Below, piece by piece: positions 57,632 through 64,000 of a stretch of DNA of 64,000 nt. The DNA comes from Deltaproteobacteria bacterium (GTDB lineage: Bacteria > Desulfobacterota > GWC2-55-46), in assembly GCA_016234935.1 (NCBI GenBank), contig JACRNL010000001.1:200679-264678 (forward strand). The letters are read 5' to 3'. The position numbers were made by a program, and so were the translations under genes. Under the pieces are notes generated by a model that saw only the letters and a program-made list of their open reading frames with translations, was not told the DNA's origin and did not search any database. Each line of letters starts with the position of its first letter. Position 1 is the first letter of the stretch.

Positions 57632-58243
57632 TCAGCCTGCCAGCTTCTTAGCTATCCCTGCTACGTGCCTGCCCTGAAAGCGCGCCATGGCAAGCTCGTT
57701 TTCGCTCGGCATCCTCGACCCGTCGTGGCCCGCGATGGTTGACGCGCCGTAGGGGCTGCCGCCGCTTATCTCGGCCACGGTCATCTGTCTTGCCTCGGAA
57801 TACGGCATGCCGACTATCACCATGCCGTGGTGCAGGAGCGTAATGTGAAAGCTCAGGATGGTTGACTCCTGCCCGCCGTGCTGGGTGGCAGACGAGGTAA
57901 ATACGCTGCCGGCCTTGCCGATAAGCGAGCCCTTCATCCACAGCCCGCCCGTAGCGTCAAGAAGCGCCCTCATCTGCGCGGTCATGTTGCCGAAGCGCGT
58001 CGGCGTGCCGAAGATTATCGCGTCTGCCGTCGCAAGGTCGTCAACAGTGGCAACGGGAAGGTGCGCGAACTTTTTCCTGGCTTCAAGCGCGTTCATCTTT
58101 TTAAGCACTTCCTCCGGAAGCGTCTCCTCGACCTGAAAGAGCTTGACCTGGGCCCCATTTACCTCCCGCGCACCCTCGGCTACCGCCTCGGCCATCTTCC
58201 AGATATGCCCGTACATACTGTAAAAGACTACATGAACTTTCAT
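57632..58243 (-). CDS. wrbA: NAD(P)H:quinone oxidoreductase
   Basis: YSMYGH, GTPTRFG, QHGGQE, GGSPYGA. Confidence 0.96.
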   Translation of the reverse strand: MKVHVVFYSMYGHIWKMAEAVAEGAREVNGAQVKLFQVEETLPEEVLKKMNALEARKKFAHLPVATVDDLATADAIIFGTPTRFGNMTAQMRALLDATGGLWMKGSLIGKAGSVFTSSATQHGGQESTILSFHITLLHHGMVIVGMPYSEARQMTVAEISGGSPYGASTIAGHDGSRMPSENELAMARFQGRHVAGIAKKLAG

Positions 58244-58346
58244 ACGTAACTCTCCTTTTTTTAAAGGTTATCTGTCATCCGCCGTCAGTTATCGGCAAAA
58301 GACACAAACAATCCCTACTGATAACCGTCAACGGATAACCGTCTCT

Positions 58347-59735
58347 TTACAGCTTATTAAGTCCGTTCATGGCCGCCTCTTTGTAAGCGTCGGAGAGGGT
58401 CGGGTAATTAAAGACAACGTCCTTGAAGTAGTCCACCGTGCCGCCGTAGTTCATGACAGCCTGGCCTATGTGGATAAGCTCCGACGCCTTCTCCCCGACG
58501 ATGTGCACGCCGAGGAGCGCCCGCGTGTCGCGGTTGAAGATGAGCTTCAACATGCCGTGCAGGTCGCCGATAATCTGCCCCCTTGCGACATCCTTGAAAT
58601 AAGCGCAGCCTACCTCGTAGGAAACCCCTTTTCTGGTGAGGCCCTCCTCTGTCTCGCCGACCATTGATATCTCAGGTATGGTATAGACGCCAAAGGGCAT
58701 GAAGGCCGTATACGCGCAGGTCTGTCCCTCTTTCTGAAAGGCGTGGCAAACGGCCCGCCTGCCCTGCTCCATGGACGTCGAGGCAAGCGACGGAAAGCCG
58801 ATGACGTCTCCCACGGCGTAGACGTGCGGCACGCTTGTCTGAAAGCAGTCGTTCACGCTGAGGAGGCCGCGGTCGTTGCAGGTGATGCCTATGGCCTCAA
58901 TGCCGAGCGTGCCGGTGTTGCCCACGCGGCCCATGGTGTAGAGGAGCTTTTGAGAGGTTACGGCCTTGCCGCTTTTAAGACGGGTCTCAACCTTTTGAGG
59001 GCCGGTGACTTTGATGTCAATGACCTCTTCGCCGAGCCGCATGGTAACGCCGGATTGCCTCATCCGGTAGACGAGGCTCGTCACTATCTCCTCGTCGGCA
59101 AATGGCAGGAGCCTCTCCTTTTTCTCCACAAGCGTCACCCTCACCCCAAGGGCTGCGAAGATGCAGGCGTATTCGCAGCCGATCACGCCGCCGCCGACGA
59201 TGGCGAGGTTTTGCGGGATAATATCGAGGCCGAGGATGGTGTCGCTGTCGTAGATGTGCTCTTTGTCAAACGGCACGTCCGGCGGTCTGGCCGGTTTTGT
59301 GCCGGTGGCTATGATTATGCAGTCCGCGGCAAAGCGCAGGATGGTATTGTCTTTTTTTCTTATCGAAAGGCTGTTTTTGTCGATAAAGGAAGCGTCGCCG
59401 TAGATTATCTCCACGTTGTTCCGGCTGAACTGCTCTATTACGACCTCCATCTGCTTTCTGATTACCTCGGTCTTTTTATACATCAGCTCCGAGAGCGTCA
59501 CATCCCTGCCGAGCGTGAACTGAAAGCCGAACACCGCCCTCTGCCTGAAGCCCGCGAGGTAAAGGGCCGTTTCACGCAGCGTCTTGCTCGGCAGTGTGCC
59601 GGTATGGAGCCCGGCCCCGCCGATATAAGGCTGACGCTCGATGATGGCCACCTTTTTGCCGAGCTTCGCGGCCTGTATGGCGGCCTTTTCACCGCCTGGG
59701 CCTGAGCCTATGACGAGGATGTCGTATTTTTTCAT
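58347..59735 (-). CDS. sthA: Soluble pyridine nucleotide transhydrogenase
   Basis: GSGPGGEKAA, GTLPSKTLRE, GDVIGFPSLAS, FNYPTL. Confidence 0.92.
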   Translation of the reverse strand: MKKYDILVIGSGPGGEKAAIQAAKLGKKVAIIERQPYIGGAGLHTGTLPSKTLRETALYLAGFRQRAVFGFQFTLGRDVTLSELMYKKTEVIRKQMEVVIEQFSRNNVEIIYGDASFIDKNSLSIRKKDNTILRFAADCIIIATGTKPARPPDVPFDKEHIYDSDTILGLDIIPQNLAIVGGGVIGCEYACIFAALGVRVTLVEKKERLLPFADEEIVTSLVYRMRQSGVTMRLGEEVIDIKVTGPQKVETRLKSGKAVTSQKLLYTMGRVGNTGTLGIEAIGITCNDRGLLSVNDCFQTSVPHVYAVGDVIGFPSLASTSMEQGRRAVCHAFQKEGQTCAYTAFMPFGVYTIPEISMVGETEEGLTRKGVSYEVGCAYFKDVARGQIIGDLHGMLKLIFNRDTRALLGVHIVGEKASELIHIGQAVMNYGGTVDYFKDVVFNYPTLSDAYKEAAMNGLNKL

Positions 59736-59748
59736 TCTTCCTTTAGGT

Positions 59749-59898
59749 GGATTGCTGAAAAACCCTACTTTTATACAGGCTGCTCAAAAAGCCCCTGCTA
59801 CTAGGCGACGAGGAACGAAGAATGAGACGTGCTTTTGGGCACGTCGCAATGATGAGCGACGAAGGCAACGACGTAGATGGGGCGTTTTCAGCAGCCTG
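59749..59898 (+). mobile_element. ~150-bp MITE-like element, second full copy
   Basis: GATTGCTGAAAAA..CAGGCTGCTCAAAAA..TTTTCAGCAGCCTG; homologous to 26749-26900. Confidence 0.7.
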
Positions 59899-59912
59899 TT
59901 GGGCGGCCTGAC

Positions 59913-60536
59913 TCATTCGAGCTTGAAGAGGTTATCCGGCAGAGTCAGGTTGATCTCCAGATCGGTCATCAAAACGTCTTCCGTCAAGCCGCCCTTTGCG
60001 TCGTAAGCCATGACGCGAACCGGCAGAAAACTCCTCTTGTCAAGCCAGAGTATGTAGGCGTTCGTGCCAGCCATGGAATAACCGTAGGCGCCGAGAATCT
60101 TTACCTTGACAGTATCCCTTTCGCCTGATTTTTCCTCGGCGAGCACCTCTATGGAGCCGTGGGCTTGAAGCTTGTCAACGTTCTTTAGAAGCGCGCCTAT
60201 GTCGGACTCGGCGATCGTGTGGCCCTTTGAGCTCGTGATGAGCCTGTTGTCCGGACTGAGCGTTACGACGAACGACTTCAAGGCCCCAAGGGGCTGAAGA
60301 CGCGCCTCTTTTCTAACGGGGTCATAAAGCAGAACCGCCCCCGCGTGAGGCTCCACGAAGTTCATGCGCACGTAACCAGGCGTCTTATAAAAATATTTTA
60401 TCACCTCGCGCCCGCCGTCCGACCTTGAATCGAGGGTGACGGCATAGGTCTCCACATTTCTAAAATTATCCATTGCGATGGAAACTATGCCTTTGACGGA
60501 GATATTCAAAGCGAGCCAGAAAAAAAGGGGTAGCAT
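59913..60536 (-). CDS. LolA-like periplasmic protein
   Basis: Signal-like N-terminus, PG.VRM, W.D...LP pattern. Confidence 0.7.
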   Translation of the reverse strand: MLPLFFWLALNISVKGIVSIAMDNFRNVETYAVTLDSRSDGGREVIKYFYKTPGYVRMNFVEPHAGAVLLYDPVRKEARLQPLGALKSFVVTLSPDNRLITSSKGHTIAESDIGALLKNVDKLQAHGSIEVLAEEKSGERDTVKVKILGAYGYSMAGTNAYILWLDKRSFLPVRVMAYDAKGGLTEDVLMTDLEINLTLPDNLFKLE

Positions 60537-60685
60537 CCGCGAGTTTTCCTTTCATACTAAAAGCCAAAAGATAGTTAAACGGACAGATGCATCAAGTATA
60601 GCCATCCGGCGGCATTTTGCAACACGGGAATTGACGCTTCGTCCCTTGACCGCCATGATGCCCCCATGATGCCCTATCGCCGCGC

Positions 60686-62302
60686 CTACTTCTTTTCCTT
60701 CTCTAATATGGGGTAAGCGATGTTCGTGACGTATGAGTTTATCCTCTTCAGATTCGTCAGGATGTCAAGGTGTATGGCGCTCGTGTCTATGGACTCCTTA
60801 AGGCCGATGTAGAGCCGGTGGATATGGGCCTGGCGCATGACGCGCTCCATCTCGGAGACCCTTGCCTTGTGGTTTACGAGTTTTACGGCCAGCTCCGGGT
60901 CTCTGGCGGCAAATGCGGCCACTCCGAGCCTGAAGTTCTCCAGCACCTTCTGGTGCAGCACCATTATCTCGGTCATGCCCTCTTTTGAGAATGAACGCTT
61001 TTCCCTGTGCTTTTTCCTCGCCAGTTCCATGAGGTTCTTGTCTATCACGTCGCCTATGTTCTCCATATTGTCGGAAAAAAGGATTATTTCAAGCTCGCGC
61101 CTTGACTGCTCCTCGGTGAGGCTCTCTCTCGTTATCCGTGTGACATAAAGCTTTATCTCGTGGTCAAGGTAGTCAACGTCGTCGTCCTTTTCTTCGATAT
61201 CTTCTATCAGCGGCAGGTTGTCGTCCGCTATGACCTCTATGGATTTAACCAGCATCTCTTCGACGATATCGGCCTCCCTCTGGCACTCCCTCACGACCTG
61301 CGAAAGGGCCAGGGCCGGAGACGATAGCGCGATGGGGTCAAGATACTTCGGCCCGAACCTGGCGGAAACCGCCCTCTCAGGCATGAGGAGCTTTACAAGG
61401 GCGGTGAATGGGCCGGTAAACGGCAGGAAGATAACGGCCAGGGCGATATTGAAAAGCGTGTGCGCCACCGCGACCTGACGCGCCGGATCAAGGACGGTAT
61501 GGCCGAGGAGCTCGGTGAGCAGGCCGAGGAACGGCAAAACTATCAGCACGCCTGACACCTTGAAAAGTATGTGCGCGAGGGCCACCCTCTTGGCGTCGGC
61601 CGGCGCGCCTATGGACGAAGTGGCCGCGCTGACGCATGTGCCGATATTAGCTCCAAGGACTATCGGCATGGCGGCGTCAATCGACAGCAGGCCTGAATGC
61701 GCCGCCGTAATGGCAAGGCCGAGGGTAGCGGCGCTTGAATGAAAAAGCGCGGTGAGCACGGTCGCTATGATTATCCCTGCAAAGGGGTCCTTGCTCATGC
61801 CGAGGAGCAGGTCTTTCAAAAGAGGGTTTTCGGCGACAGGCCCGAAGGTTTCCATCAATGTCTTCAGCCCGAAAAAGATAAAGCCGAAACCCAGCGCGAT
61901 GCTTCCGGCGTCTCCTGATGCGCCGCTTTTCCCGGCGAGCCTCAAAAGTATCCCGATGCCGATGAGGGCGATCGAGTAATCGTAAACCTTAAAGGCCAGG
62001 AGCTGGACGGTAAGGGTCGTGCCGATGTCCGCGCCGAGGATGATGCCCATTGTCTGGCCGAGGCCGAGAAGTCCGGAGCCGACAAAACCTACGAGCATGA
62101 CGGTGGTCGCGCTTGAGCTCTGAAAAAGCGCGGTTATGGACGCGCCGATGAAAACGCCCTTGAAGCGGTTTGACGTGGCGTTCAGGAGGAATGAACGGAG
62201 CCTGGACCCGGCGGCCTTTTGAAGCCCCTCTCCGGCCAGCCTCATGCCGTAGAGCATCAGCATGACTCCGCCGAAGAAGGTTATAAGGACCAGCGTGGTC
62301 AT
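60686..62302 (-). CDS. Na/Pi cotransporter family protein with PhoU-like domains
   Basis: QSSSAT, GADIGTT, HSSAA, GANIGT, E.IGD. Confidence 0.93.
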   Translation of the reverse strand: MTTLVLITFFGGVMLMLYGMRLAGEGLQKAAGSRLRSFLLNATSNRFKGVFIGASITALFQSSSATTVMLVGFVGSGLLGLGQTMGIILGADIGTTLTVQLLAFKVYDYSIALIGIGILLRLAGKSGASGDAGSIALGFGFIFFGLKTLMETFGPVAENPLLKDLLLGMSKDPFAGIIIATVLTALFHSSAATLGLAITAAHSGLLSIDAAMPIVLGANIGTCVSAATSSIGAPADAKRVALAHILFKVSGVLIVLPFLGLLTELLGHTVLDPARQVAVAHTLFNIALAVIFLPFTGPFTALVKLLMPERAVSARFGPKYLDPIALSSPALALSQVVRECQREADIVEEMLVKSIEVIADDNLPLIEDIEEKDDDVDYLDHEIKLYVTRITRESLTEEQSRRELEIILFSDNMENIGDVIDKNLMELARKKHREKRSFSKEGMTEIMVLHQKVLENFRLGVAAFAARDPELAVKLVNHKARVSEMERVMRQAHIHRLYIGLKESIDTSAIHLDILTNLKRINSYVTNIAYPILEKEKK

Positions 62303-62505
62303 GCGGTTTTACCGGAACTGGCGGCTTGCCGACTGTTTTTTAGCATCCTGTTAATATTAGCCCTTATCCGCATATTCCGCAAGCGCCTAAAGGCAGGGGG
62401 ATGAAAAAAATCACCTGTCATGGGGGACAGGGGAGTGTCTTTGAAGGTGACGTGAAACAGCCGGGGATTGCAGGTTAACAGACAGAGGCTTTGTTGTAGC
62501 GCGGA

Positions 62506-63149
62506 TTATTCTACCCTAAAACCGCCGTTTTCGTCGAACTCAACGTTTATCATTATCTCCAGATTATCAGCGCTGAAATACCCTATGTCTTTTCCTTTTA
62601 TCGAGACATGATACCGGAGCGCGTCAACGCGGTCAGGGCAATATTCCGTGGTGACCTGTATGCTGTCACGTATCGAATTCTCTTCCTTTTCGGTTATGTC
62701 GTCAAGCGTGCCTTCGATATCCATATCACGGGTTAAATAGTCCTCCAGGTTTTTATGATCCCCGCTCGCACCCTCAACGTTCATTTCACCATCTTCATAC
62801 CAGTACAGTTTTTGTCCTGAATGTATTACCTCGAAGTGCAGGTGGTATCGTCCTTCAGTGGCCCCTGTATTGCCCGAAGTGCCGATAACATCTTCTTGAT
62901 TGACTGTATCGCCAACATTGACGGATATTCCCTAGCCCTCGGCGCATGGTCAATAACAACGACGAAACCGTATCTTGGATTGAATGATGCCCTTACCACC
63001 ACTCCCCTTTCACTTGCCCTAACGGACGCGCCTTTTACCCTGTAATCCACCCCGAAGTGCTTACTCTTCTTGCCATTTCTTTGTCTCGGCTCGCCGAATT
63101 CACCGCTGATTTCGCCGGTTACCGGCGCCATAAAATTAAGCGTCCCCAT
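62506..63149 (-). pseudogene. M23 peptidase, frameshifted near 62935
   Basis: 5' part has HFGVD; the second frame has SVNVGDTV...GTSGNTG..YHLHFEV and continues into ORF 62506-62784; the YxHL segment is missing. Confidence 0.8.
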
Positions 63150-63261
63150 GTCTTTACCTCCTCAGGCTTAGTTGTCGATTAGCTCTGTCACATATAAATC
63201 AGCTGCATAATGCGCCTTAACCTGCATGCGAAAAAAGTCCTATCATCTGCTTATTCAGCTT

Positions 63262-63912
63262 TCATTCCTCGTCCGGCAGAATTTCTTCGAATTTCCAGAC
63301 GCCGTCATCTAATTTCAAAACCACTGGAACCGTAATGGGAAAAGGAATGCTACGTTTGTTAAGAGCTATTGTGGAATCATTCTCCCATTTTACAAATTCA
63401 TAGAGGGCATATTCATCTCCTTTTGGCTCATATGAAAGTTCTTCTATGAGATCATCGCCCGCAAAACGCCAGATAAAAACGCCGGCAGGATCAAACGCTT
63501 CACTTGCAGAGACAGCCACAAAGCGCTTCCTGTCAGGAGAAAACCTCGGTATGGCATAAACCACATATTCTTTTCCATTTTTCTCTGATATCATCAATTT
63601 GTCGCTTGGTTCCCCGTAATCGACATCAACAAGAAAAAAACCAACGTCTTTGAAATAATCAAGAAATTTAAAAATTTCACACGTATTCCAACCTGCGCAT
63701 TCGCCAGTATTGATGAGCGCCATATCAGCGCCTGATTTTAATCTTAAATGCAGGGTGTTACCCTCTCTTTTGACGAACGGAGCAAACTTCTCCAACTGTT
63801 CGCGCTCCCTTTTCTCGCCTTCCCCAACAGGCATCTCATCCAGCGTGGCGGCCTGCGTTGGCCGTATTTGGATACATGTCAGCAAAAGAAGAACGGCTAT
63901 GCAAAGCAGCAC
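63262..63912 (-). CDS. Hypothetical exported protein
   Basis: 216-aa ORF with a signal-peptide-like N-terminus and an FSPD motif; lower GC. Confidence 0.7.
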   Translation of the reverse strand: MLLCIAVLLLLTCIQIRPTQAATLDEMPVGEGEKREREQLEKFAPFVKREGNTLHLRLKSGADMALINTGECAGWNTCEIFKFLDYFKDVGFFLVDVDYGEPSDKLMISEKNGKEYVVYAIPRFSPDRKRFVAVSASEAFDPAGVFIWRFAGDDLIEELSYEPKGDEYALYEFVKWENDSTIALNKRSIPFPITVPVVLKLDDGVWKFEEILPDEE

Positions 63913-64000
63913 GGTATTTATTTCCCGAATGCGCTCAGCCCATGCAGGATAATCTATCCCTTTATGCGTTTTGCTTTGTGAACCGTATCCGTCCCCGGTC

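Noticed and set aside
62826-62940. Programmed frameshift in the M23 gene
   Set aside because: No slippery sequence is evident and a conserved segment is missing, so a deletion is the simpler explanation.

Overview
GC-rich (by eye about 55%) bacterial chromosome segment, almost all on the minus strand. Gene content and order look Desulfobacterota/'deltaproteobacterial' (inference). In window order: type IV pilus genes (pilV- and fimU-like pilins, pilR, pilS, pilD), argJ, secA, an M23 peptidase, a Crp protein, pmbA, an argA-type GNAT, recN, nadK, an lsrF-like aldolase, folK, dapL, argG-F-D-B, hslU-hslV-xerC, lepB-lepA, dciA, a GH57, glcF-glcD, pnp-rpsO-truB-nrnA-rbfA-infB-nusA-rimP, wrbA, sthA, a Na/Pi cotransporter and a lower-GC accessory tail. 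No tRNA, rRNA, CRISPR array or transposase was seen. The most unusual feature is a set of very small repeats that appear to be mobile. (i) An 18-bp double-palindrome unit occurs at about 34 loci (manual count): type A, CCCC-YTGAR-GGGG-NTCAN, and type B, GGG-TGTCACA-CCC-TGCGA. Many copies sit in frame inside housekeeping proteins as 6-aa inserts (VEPPQG, VTPCEG), and matched empty and filled sites exist within the window. (ii) A 27-bp hairpin unit inserts into itself and into a ~150-bp MITE-like repeat, giving three-level nesting. Also found: an unannotated 37-aa, 9-Cys metallothionein-like gene and a frameshifted M23 pseudogene.
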